Under the pieces are notes generated by a model. It saw only the letters and a list, made by a program, of their open reading frames with translations. It made no database searches and was not told the DNA's origin. A stretch of DNA of 64,000 bases from Azolla caroliniana (lineage: Eukaryota > Plantae > Polypodiophyta): positions 2,728,001-2,792,000 of the forward strand of contig JBHGNT010000006.1 of NCBI GenBank assembly GCA_043228905.1, read 5' to 3'. Shown in pieces: positions 1 through 10,400 of this stretch. The stretch's first letter is position 1; every line of letters begins with the position of its first letter. A program made the translations under genes and the position numbers.

Positions 1-470
1 GTGCTACAGGGACTAGTAAAAGCTCATATTGATCATTTATTGTCAAGAAGTTGATCATGAAATGATTTAGATTTCAAAATATTTTAGGATTAATTTTTTG
101 ATTATATGCTATGGAATCATCAATTTTGTTATGGATTAGAATCCGTTTATTGTGCTCTGAAATTACCTAAAAGTAGCATTATGATTGCTACGCCCCCTAA
201 ATGTGTTCATCCATTTTGCTATGCCATGGGATCATAGTGGCTTATCTAAAGTAGCATTTATGCATACTAGTACTTCTAAATGCCCTGGGATCATTGGATC
301 ACTGAAGGAGAAAAAACTCATGAACACTGTAGATTGCTGTACATTTGTATTTATTTACTGGAGCCACAAGCAAAAGTTTGTTCGATAGCCGCACGCCAGT
401 AGTATTCAGGGGCTCTTGTATATTGTTGAAGATTGATTTCTAGAGTAGAAAATAAGGCTACATCGGTGCA
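1..470 (+). pseudogene. 3' remnant of a duplicated AIRP2-like RING gene (end of exon 4, part of intron 4, 3' UTR; last coding exon deleted)
   Basis: Window opens gtgctacagggactagtaaaagc versus gtgctacagggactggtaaaagc at 29963 (CYRDW then donor), so the Trp codon is mutated. The sequence then jumps from the intron-4 match to the 3' UTR match (ttggatcactgaag), skipping 30561-30771. Confidence 0.8.
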
Positions 471-1306
471 AAGTCAGATAGATGTTATCGTAACAAATGT
501 ATGAAGGTATTTTAGAAATGTGTTATGCATGTGAAGCAATGCATCGTCATTCTTCTTTACAATTCTTCCTGCTCTCCCCTCATTTGTACGCATGTGTTAT
601 GCATGTGAAGCAAGGTTTAAATCTAAGCAAAAAGTATATAGCTAACCTTTTTAATTAGGTATTCTTGCCTTTAATCGATGGATCTAGCATACAATCTACA
701 AGAGTATAATTAATTGTAGCAAATACGTTAAGAATAGGTTTTGATGTTTATATAAAGAAAAAAAACATATGCATCTCCAACGTGACATTAAATGTTTCAA
801 GTGTTAATGTTATAGGAAGGTTTTATTATGTCACGCATTTGGTAAATACATGTAGTTCTTTAATCTTTTATCATGTAAATACTATTCTTTAATTAAGAAG
901 GTTTAGGGACTATGTACCTGTCCATGGTAGCTACTACTAGACGTACGCTTTCAGACCTTCAGTTTATTTTTTAGTATGTATTCACGCTTAATTTGTATTT
1001 CAATTCTGCATGAGGCATTTAGAAAATTCATGTACATATATGGTATCTCATGGAAAATGTAATATATGTAGGAAGAGATCTTGTAATGTTGAACAATCTA
1101 TAAAAAATACTTGGATTGTCTTTAAAGAAAATGACAATTTTCATTTGACATCTATCTTTCTTCAATTGCAATTGTCCTTGGATTGTGGCACTTCTCTATA
1201 TTTGGGAGCTAAAACAATATTGACATTATTACATTGCAACACTCCTTAGGGATGACAATCTTATGAGAAAGGTGTAGAAATGTGTGGCTCTTTTGGTAGT
1301 GGGTGC

Positions 1307-2712
1307 AAGTTTTAAGGATAGCAAGAATAGTGTACATTTGGATAAAGAGCCAAGAATGTCACTTGCAAGATGGTTATCAAATGATATGTTCATATTTCTG
1401 GCATTTTGTGTTGAAGCACAACTCAACTCTTCTTTGGAGGAGCATTGCTTCCAGCAACATAGTATCAATTATGTTGGTTAGCACAAAAGGTGGAAGATCA
1501 ACTTTTAAAGCACGAGAGAGCTCATGAGGAAGCATAGCAAGTAACAATCCAAATTTCTCTTCAAAATTAGTTGCTCTTCTCCATTCTCTTTTGAATGCAT
1601 CACAAAGATTTCTCAACTATGATGACTCCATCCAGGTGATAGTAAATATGAGGTAGCCCTTAACATTTGGTTTCCATGGGTCTTTTGTGAATCGACAACG
1701 TCTTGAGGAAAGTATAACCTATTGTTTCTTTCCCACCACTTGCATTGTAGTTGTTAAGTACATTACAAGTTCCATGTGAAGCAGAATGCTTCCTAGTCGC
1801 ATCGAACAACCATGCGGGTGATGTCAGGATACCTTGTACTATGACTTCTTGCCCTCTTTTCCGATCAAATGGCTTTATATGTGCCATCGATACCTACACA
1901 ATCAATTCAAAGTCAATAAGGTCAAAACAATTTAAAGAGGTGAGCAGTTCGCAATATAATAGAACACAAGCAATATAGCATGTTACATAAACAATTCTAT
2001 ATAAGCCCGGGCATGTTTAGAAAAATGATGAAACCGCCTTTAGAGTTTGTATTGATGTGTCATCTACAGTCAATGTCAATGGTCAATGAAATGATGTTGT
2101 TTGACATGGTGGGACAATGAAACCTGAAGTTAAGTCTGGTGCGGATGCGGCACATATGCAGGTTTACAAGATGTGTTGTACCACATTTCCTAGGCTAACT
2201 TGGAGTTACAAATTCTACCATTCCATGGACGGACTTGGCATTGTGAATTCGGCCACCCACTGTATGTTTGTTCTTGCTGACCTAGCATCTACTAAGACAT
2301 GTTATAACTGTAACAAAATTCTAAATATGAAAATCATGCTACATATGTGTTCACCCCATAGGATGATGTGGCATACATATCCAGGGCCATACCAATTTGG
2401 GTCGAGCAATGAGACTTTGCCCTTTTCCTCATTTTCTGGTTTTCTTCTTTCTAGATCCACGACATTTCCCCATGGAAGCAGAGAGGAAAGAAAAACATCA
2501 AATAGGAAAAAAGCCAAAGCCAAAGCGCAAAGGAGGGAGGCGAGGCGAGGCGAAAGAAGAAGCAAGAGAGGCTTACAAGGCCAACAAATGTGGGATAATC
2601 AGCGTTCTAGGTAGCAATTGATCTCTCTACGGCGGGCTTCATCATGGACCGCATTTTGCAATTCCTTGTTGTGCTTGGAGACCACCCCCTCTACATAACC
2701 AATTTTCGCCAT
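1307..2712 (-). pseudogene. CCDC103/DNAAF19-like pseudogene copy
   Basis: Matches 35685-37014. ATG at 2712; deletion in exon 1 near 2612-2620; exon 2 split into ORFs 1660-1887 (MAHIKPFDRK) and 1377-1616 (CDAFKREWRR); 3' end removed at the deletion junction near 1300. Confidence 0.9.
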
Positions 2713-2947
2713 GGCTCTCAAAAATCAAGAAAACAATGGCAAAAAACAGAAAAAAAACTAACTCCCGGTGGTAAGTAATTTCTCTACTTAATTGTCACCT
2801 TATCCCTCAGTTTTCAATATTTCCCGCGTATATGCCCTCGCATTGGCGCATCCATGTCTCAATTAGTCAAGCAAAAGCTGGTCGAGAATGATGGGGATGA
2901 TGACCTCGTGTGTAGTTGATACGATCAAACGAATGTAGTACATACAT

Positions 2948-3716
2948 TGTCATGAAGATTTCCGGCTACGATGAGAAACTCGGGTGGGAGAAATAAAATG
3001 GGGATGTGCAACATTGCATATGCACTTGTAAATTTGTATAATGAGAATAAGATAACAAAATGTAAGAGGATGGGTAATAATCTAAGGTGCTAAAGGTGCA
3101 CCACGAGGTTCGTAGAGGCATAAAGGTGATGTGCACTTTGTAAACTAGAGGAAAGTACATGAAGAATGGGTGTAGGGAGTAATGGGCATTGAGTGTGAAT
3201 GTGAGAGGAGAGTGAGTTAAAGGCCCACCGATTTAAGATCAAGGAAAAATATTCCCCATTGAAAGAAGGGGATTTGACCTCTCCTTTTGTAATGTGCCTC
3301 ACCCCTTACTACTATAAAAGGGAGTGAGGGGTCTCTTATGAAGGGGTTGCCTATTTTGAGGGAGGGGGGCTTCCACGTTTTGGGTTTCTTTGGGTTGCCA
3401 TTAGGGTTTCGGAATTTTGGGTTTTAGGATCTCGGTTTAGGGGTTTCATTCGTCTTCTTCTTCTTCTTCTTTTCCCCTATCCGGTTAGGGTTTCATCTAG
3501 AGGGTTTACATTCGGCCTACACAGCCACAGTTGTAATTCATGTGGTGTTTTCGTAATATAATCATTCAATGAATCTTGTCTTGTCTTGTCTCTAATCTTA
3601 ATCTTTCTCTTCCTTCTCGGTTGAACTCCCAAGCTTCTCTCCCTTCTCTTACTCCCTAGTCCAAGACCCCCATGGTCCTACCCCTTTTCGACACATACTC
3701 GCGGATTTCCGCGACA
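2948..3716 (+). mobile_element. Solo LTR (~769 bp), family unrelated to the neighbouring gypsy LTR
   Basis: Absent from the paralogous site (~37421). Starts TGTCATGAA and ends CCGCGACA; flanks ACAT/ACGT (4-bp TSD, one mismatch); internal TATAAAAGGG at ~3313 followed by TAGGGTTT- and CTT-rich sequence. Confidence 0.75.
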
Positions 3717-3729
3717 ACGTCTAATTTCT

Positions 3730-3985
3730 TGAGATCAGGTTAGCTCGAGGGTGTTTATTGTAGGGAAACAATGGAAACTTCGGGGCATCCTCTCTTGTGT
3801 TCCCCAAGTACATCTAGTTTCTCGAGACTTAGTTTGATGATCAAGGGTATTTTGTGGGAAAATAATGGAAAGTTGAAGGGCATCTCTCTTTTGTGTTCCT
3901 GAGTACATCTAGTTTCTCGAGACTCGATTTGATGATCGAGGGTGCTTTGGAGAAATATGAAAACTTGAGGACATCCTCTTTTTTA
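3730..3985. repeat. ~83-bp degenerate tandem repeat x3 (copy of 37430-37690)
   Basis: Recurring tttgatgatc(a/g)agggt...catc(c)tctctt..tgttcc..agtacatctagtttctcgagact. Confidence 0.75.
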
Positions 3986-4059
3986 TTCTTTGTTTTTGTG
4001 GTGAGGTTCATTTTCAAAAAAGAAAAGAAAAGAAAAGAAAGTAGATCAAGAAGAAAGAG

Positions 4060-4372
4060 AAGAATGGGTGGATACAACATAAGCAATGAGATCTAAAGAC
4101 CAAATTGATTTGAGAAGACATGTATGTCTCTATTTATAGGTTCCTATAGAATAGCTTAAAGATTTCTAGAATGTTCTAGACCTAAAATATTCTAAGATGT
4201 TCTAGGACATTCTAGAATGATCTAGAGTTTTACAATAATCAATATATTATGAAAAGTAGCTTTTATTCTCTCATATGACAATAATCTATCTTAATCGTTG
4301 GGTTTTCAATTATGGATTACAAGGTCCTCGGTTCAAGTTGGGTGACGCCATAATGGTCATGTGTTTATGACA
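4060..4372 (-). repeat. 3' LTR of the gypsy element (distal end deleted)
   Basis: Near-identical to 8925-9245; joins host sequence at shared aagaatgg microhomology near 4060. Confidence 0.88.
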
Positions 4373-7300
4373 CTATCCCTCCTTCGAGAATGATGAGTGG
4401 AAGTCGGCATTAACATTGTGGGGTCATGAAGCCGCATCTGTGCTGGACGGTTAAGACGAAATGTTGCATCATTAATCTGTGTTGTGATGACAAAAGGACC
4501 TAAGCGTTGATAATCAAGCTTAGCACATGATCGGGTAGTCTTGATATGACGACGAAGCAACCCTAAACCTTAAAAGGAGACTTAAGACGATGTCGATCTG
4601 GATCTTACGGTGTGGTTGAGCTTTTTGAAGATGTGATGCGTTGTAGTAGGGTTTCGTGACACCACGAGAAGATCTAGGATACACCATCGAGGGTGGTTGC
4701 CGGTGTAAGCAAAGAAAGGTGTAAATTTAGTAGAAGAATGTATCATGTTATTGTATGCAAACTCGGCAAGATGTAAAATATTACTCCAATCATCTTGTTG
4801 ATAACTGATGAAGCATCGAGATACTACTCAAGCCTTTGATTTGTGCGCTCTGTTTGTCCGTCAATTTGTGGATGATAAGCCGATGAGAGTTTGCAGGAGA
4901 TTTTAAGGCCTGCCCATAGGTGCTTCCAAAAGTGAGAGATAAATTGAGGACCACGATCACTAATTATATCATTTGGAAGACCATGATGGTGAAACACTTC
5001 ATGCATAATGAGATCTGCAGTTTCTTGAATACTAATACTCTTTACACATGGAAAATAATTTGTCATCTTGGTAAATCGATCCACTACTGTTAAAATAGTA
5101 TCAAAGCCTCTAGAAGGTAGCAGATCCGTAATGAAATCCATAGAAATAGACTGCCATGGCTTGCTGGGAGGCAGTAATGGTTGTAGCAAGCCCTAATGAT
5201 GATGCCTACGTATTTTGGCACAATAACTGATGTCACATGTGCAAACGTAATCTTCGACAAATTTTTGCAAGTGAGGCCACCAAAATGAATGAATTACCAA
5301 CTCCACTGTCTTGGCAATACCAAAATGTCCAGCCATAGGAGCATCCTAACGGTGTTTTAACACTTGACGTTGGGGTGATCCATCAGGGATATAAAGGAGA
5401 TTCTTGTAGAAGAGTAGGTCATCTTGCCACTTGAAGTCTTGATAGTGTTGAGATGACCCTTGCAATGTGGACCAAGATGCATGGCTTGAACCAATGTGGG
5501 TTGAGACATCCTTAGCTAAATCATGAGAGTGAAGTTACTGCCAAATAGGATCAAGAAGGCTTGAATCTAGTGGTGTTGCATAAACTGTTGTTGCCTGTAG
5601 CTTTGATGGTTCAAGGAGAATCTGCTTTTGATTGTCAAAGGTCAGATGTCCAGGTCGAAGTGCCAGATATGAACGTCAAGGCAAAGCATCTACTTTCCCT
5701 TATTGTTTTCTTGGGTGAAAAATGATCGTGAAATCGAAACGAGTTAGAAATTGGGCCCACCGAGTTGGTCGCCTATTTAACACTAGAGTTGTTTGAAAAT
5801 ATGTAAGATTTTTGTGATCACTATAAATGATGATCTGATGAGGGGATCCTTATAAGAAATGTCGTCATTGCTTGAATGAGTCGACCACAACTAGTAACTT
5901 CTTGTCATGCACCTCATAGTTTATCTCCACAACACTAAATTTTCTCGAGTGAAACGCGGCTGGATGGGACTGCCCATCCTCGCTTGGTTGCAATAGGATA
6001 CTCTCCAATGCAAAGTCTAACACATTTGCCTCAATGGTAAATGGCTTTTCGAGATCAATATGAGCTAGGATAGGTGTCGTCCTTGTCTGCTTCGATAGTC
6101 CAAACAAATGCTTGAATTTTCTTGGTGAGTTGGGTGAGGGGCAACACAATGCTTGAATAATTACGTATGAATTTGCGATAAAAGTTGGCAAATCCAAGGA
6201 AATATTGGACGTCCCGACATGAACATGGGGGTTTCCATTCCAATATTGTTTGGACTTTTGTTGGATCCATGACAATACCCTCGGGTGAAATAGTGTATCC
6301 CAAACATTTGACTTGTTTGCAATCAAAACAACACTTCTTAAGTTTGGCATAAAGACCATACTTTCTTAGGCATTCAAGTACTTTCTTCACATGTATATCA
6401 TGCTCCTCTTGTGTTTTAGAGTAAATCAACAAATCATCTAAGTAGATGATGAGAAAGATATCCAGGAAATCTCGGAAAATGTCATTTGTAATATGTTGCA
6501 AAACTACGGGTGCATTTGTGAGCCCAAAAGGCATGACTGTATACTCGAAATGACCATAGTGAGTGCGAAGTGTAGTTTTCCACTCATCTCTCAATCCAAT
6601 TCAAACAAGATTATATGCACCCCTTAGATCAATTTTGGTAAAATGTTTTGCACTACCAATGCTCTAAAAGACTAGAGATTAAGTAGAGCATACTGATTTC
6701 TTATGCTAACTTTATTTAAGCCTCGATAGTCCACGACAAAATGAAGCGAGTCGTCATTTTTCTTCACAAAAAAGATAGGAGCACTAACTAGAGGCTTTGA
6801 ATGTCTAATAAACCCATGTGCAAGAATCTCCTCAATGTATTCTCAAAGAACCTCAAGCTCAGTTGGTATCAAATTGTAGGTCAATGGGACAGTCGTATGA
6901 CCGATGCTTTGGAAGTACACTAGCTTTGACTTTGTCGAAAACATCAACATATTCTTGATATTTTTTGGGAATTTGGATGCTTGAATTGAGTGGCACTATA
7001 AGATGTCACTGATACTGCAAATAAGAAAAGGTCTTAAGAGAATAATCCTAGGTTTGATCCTTGACAATGATGTTTTCTATTGAAGGGCACCAAATTTCTC
7101 GCCTCCTCCAATCAATTCTTCGGTTATGTAGCTTGAACCATGGCAAACTGAGGACAATTGGATGCTCGGGGCTACGGATTATGTGAAAGGAAACTACACA
7201 TCCTAAATCACCTAAGAGAATGTGTATTGGCTCAAGCTCTTTGAATATCTTCCTGGAAGTTATGGGACATCCATCAATCTCTACTACGGAAACTGGACAA

Positions 7301-8703
7301 GGAAGTTTATGCAAGGATATTTGGTGTTTTTGGGCAAAATCTCTATCCATGAAACAAGAATTGGCTTTGGTATCTAAGAGGGCTTGAACCTGAAGTTGAC
7401 AACTCAGTGTCCTAACTTGTACTTAGGCTGAGAAGACTCTATTAACATGCTTGGAAGAAATGGAACCCACACTATGTTGTATAGATCTAGGGTTGTCCAA
7501 CCAAATGGCTCCTATTTTGGCCGGAGTTATTTGTTTGACTCCTCTTCTAATTGGCTTAGGACTTCAAACTTATTGGACAAGGGTGGATTACTCATAATAT
7601 TAGAATCACCGACTGCTTCTAAAATGTTGGACTCTGACGTCTCTACATGCGTGAGCAATAAAAGGCTATATGTCTTGGACCTCCGTAATATAAGCACAAA
7701 CGGTTTGCTTGGCGTTGTTGCTTCTCTTCGTCCGACAATGGTCCTCGTCGTTGGGTCATATCGATCTCCATGGGTGTAGGACTATGCATTGGGACTTGAC
7801 TACGTGTTTGCCTTGGAGTTGGAGCAGGGCTATATGTTTGCTTTGGAGATGATTGCACCGTTATTGATGCATCAGTTGGCATGAATCTTCATCTTGTTAT
7901 TTGTTGTTGTCGCTCACGTCGACAGTAAAAAAGGCGATTATCACACCGTATTGCTCAACGAATAGCTTCTGTAAGTGATTTTGGATCCTCGGGGAAGGTA
8001 AGAATTAGTATTTCACATCACTATGAAGGCCGAAATGAAATTGCTCCATTAGGGCTTGTTCATCGCAAGGAATATCGCTTGCGATGAGATGGAAATTGGT
8101 TGCATATGTCGATGTTGGCTGATCACATTGACGTAGTGAGTGTACGAATCTTGTTGATTGTTGTTCTTGCCCAATTTGTATCTCTAAAGCAAGCCTTAAA
8201 TTCCTTGATAAATTCCTCGAAATTATTCAGTAGAGGAGAATTTGTCTCTAGTAATGGAGAAAACCACAACAACGTTATGCCAATCAATAAGGTGCCCACT
8301 AACCCAACTCGTGGTGCATTTGTTAGATAATGTGTGGGATGCATTTGAATTACCAACCGTACTTGGAAATGCGCCCTCGAACCATCAAATTTAGCTAAGA
8401 GGCTGATTTTGGGCTCCTTGATAATACCTTGACCTTCAACCCTTTGTTGTTGTAAAACTACGACTGTCGACTCTAATTGTTGAACTCGTCGCGTAAACTC
8501 CTCTTGTTGTTGCTTCTCCACAATAACCTTTTGTAGATCTCCAAGTAGACGTTGATTCTCTAATTCAAGAGATGTGAACTTGGATTTAAGATTCTTCATT
8601 TTTGCAACAAGGGTGAGACATTCTTCTAGGTTGATGGCGGCCATGGTTTTGTGATGTTTATAGAGGAGGATAAAGGAGAGATAATGGTCATGTCTTCATG
8701 ACA
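4060..8703 (-). mobile_element. Degenerate Ty3/gypsy LTR retrotransposon (Tcn1/PEG10-like gag), both LTRs truncated
   Basis: Minus-strand order: gag (8644, EPKISLLAKFDG; zinc knuckle remnant RLCLYYGGPRHIAFYC), protease (~7390-7100), RT (HFEYTVMPFGLTNAP, YLDD, FLGFANFYRKFI), RNase H (FHSRKF..EINYEVHDK), integrase (ISMDFITDL, ISDRGPQF, HPQIDGQTERTNQ, GPF). PPT GAAGGAGGGATAG abuts the 3' LTR start TGTCATAAACAC at 4372. Many stops and frameshifts. Only 23 bp of the 5' LTR remain (8681-8703). Confidence 0.93.
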
Positions 8704-8836
8704 CATCTTGAGTATTTGTGAAACAATATTTCTTCCATTCCAACCACAAAACACCTAATCAGACTAAAATCATGGTATTTACATATCCGTGGTGCAAAAT
8801 ATAGGGGTATGCTTGTTTCTTCATTGAGATGCTTGT

Positions 8837-9245
8837 TGTCAGAACCAAGGATAAAAGATAGAGTGATGGAAGAAGGATAGAGAAGAATGGATGTATAAGA
8901 TAGAGAAAGAAAGAGAATGGATACAAGATATGTAATGAGAGCTAAAGACTGGTGTTGATTCGAATTGATTTGAGAATACATGTATGCGCTTATTTATAGG
9001 TTCCTATAGAATAGCTTAGAGATTTCTAGAATGTTCTAGAATGTTCTAGACCTAGAATGCTCTAGGACATTCTAGAACATTCTAGAATAATCTAGAGTTT
9101 TTACAATAATCAATGTAATACAAGAAGTAGCTTTTATTGTTTCATATAACAATAAGCTATCTTAATGGTTGAGGTTTTCAAGTATGAATTACAAGGTTCG
9201 AGGTTCAAGTCCGGGTGACGCCATAATGGTCATGTGTTCATGACA
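8837..9245 (-). mobile_element. Solo LTR (409 bp) of the same gypsy family
   Basis: Termini TGTCA...TGACA; perfect 5-bp TSD CTTGT (8832-8836 and 9246-9250); both flanks align to the uninterrupted paralog near 38160-38280. Confidence 0.92.
9023..9098. promoter_or_regulatory. Heat-shock element array in LTR U3
   Basis: tTTCt aGAAt gTTCt aGAAt gTTCt (9023-9047) and aTTCt aGAAc aTTCt aGAAt (9069-9088) match the alternating nGAAn consensus; minus-strand TATA CCTATAAATA at 9000-8991. A degenerate counterpart is at 4163-4228. Confidence 0.7.
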
Positions 9246-9984
9246 CTTGTTTGAGTTGCTGATAAGCTATAGAGAATGTCGAGATACTGAAATCTTCCAT
9301 CTCAATTACTATAAACAATCAAGGGCAAATTGTATTCCTTGCAAAGAACATTGGAATAGACAATGCAATTGGCATAGTCTAAACATTACAAACGATGTGA
9401 GACATAATTTAGATTAAGAAAGCATTTAGGATAGGATTAGCATATTCAAAAGATGTTGATAATCAAGGTACTTGAATGTTGGATTACATGCCATATGAAC
9501 ATGTCCCATATTAGTTTGTCGACCCTGTTAGCATATAACTTTATAACATATATACCTCAAGGGTATGACAACAAGATATACACACATAAAACGATAAGCA
9601 CTTTAAAAGGGTAAAAGGGGTTCATCTTTCATTGAATAAATAGTCATGTTGTTGAAAGATGAATAAATAGTCATGTTGTTGATTCTCTCTCTCTCTCTCT
9701 CTTGGTAAAAGCACACAATTATATTAATTGTATGAAAATCCACTTAGTTACAACACTTCTTAGTCTCCTCTACCTATCATATGCCTATGTAGGGAGAGGG
9801 GCGTTCTGTAATGCTACTAAAAAACTTGAACATGCATTTGAGGAAATGATCCCCACATGCTCTAACATCCAAAAATTCCACATGAGAATACCTTTAAGCT
9901 TCTTTATATAGGCTTTCACCCCATGTCTATTATCAAACATGAAAGCATTACGCATATTCCAATTGTGTTGTGGTAAAAGCATGA

Positions 9985-10006
9985 TCTCTCTCTCTCTCTC
10001 CCTCCC

Positions 10007-10048
<42 letters not shown>
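9985..10048. repeat. (CT)n microsatellite next to a short LINE 3' remnant (9880-9970)
   Basis: Direct reading. The remnant (WNMRNAFMFDNRHGV, minus) resembles 62690-62790 (WDMHNAFIFDGRHGV, plus). Confidence 0.75.
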
Positions 10049-10051
<3 letters not shown>

Positions 10052-10174
10052 GTTGTCATGTGTGGAAGGGTGAATGTACTCCACCTATAATGTGGTAGAG
10101 CAAGAGAAAAGGTACCCACAACATAACAAATTTGATTATTCAAACATGACTTTCTTTTACAACAGTTAGCCTTT

Positions 10175-10400
10175 GTCATAACCTTAACCCTAAACTTTAT
10201 TTTGTCTCACGTGGACCTTTGAAAGATGTCATCCCAAGCGACCAATAGGTCACCAATATATATGATAAATATTTCATATAATTGGGGTTTCAATAATCTA
10301 GTTGTTGTAAGCTCGTAAGCTCTATAAATTGGCTATCTCTTTATATCATTGTTGATGATTGTGATGTGCGCACATGCATGCATGCAAACACATCCAAGCC
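10175..10400 (+). repeat. Dispersed repeat, second copy at ~21503-21715
   Basis: Shared gtcataa..cttaacc..ccctaaacttta...gaccaata.gtcac...ataattggg.tttt.ataatctagt..ttgtaag...catgcatgca. Confidence 0.7.

Larger units (their letters stand above)
1..9360 (+). repeat. Decayed direct segmental duplicate of ~29962-38280 (runs off the left edge), interrupted by deletions and three LTR insertions
   Basis: Collinear matches read by eye: 1-280 to 29962-30245; 296-470 to 30826-31000; 490-1299 to 31120-32040; 1307-2947 to 35685-37421; 3717-4067 to 37418-37767; 8704-8809 to 37801-37906; 9270-9360 to 38187-38280. Confidence 0.93.

Noticed and set aside
9151-9223. Functional tRNA gene
   Set aside because: No 5' acceptor strand or anticodon stem, and it lies inside an LTR; kept only as a tRNA-like module.
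4060-9245. One full-length LTR retrotransposon bounded by the LTRs at 4060-4372 and 8837-9245
   Set aside because: The right LTR has its own TSD and is separated from gag by host sequence paralogous to 37801-37906.
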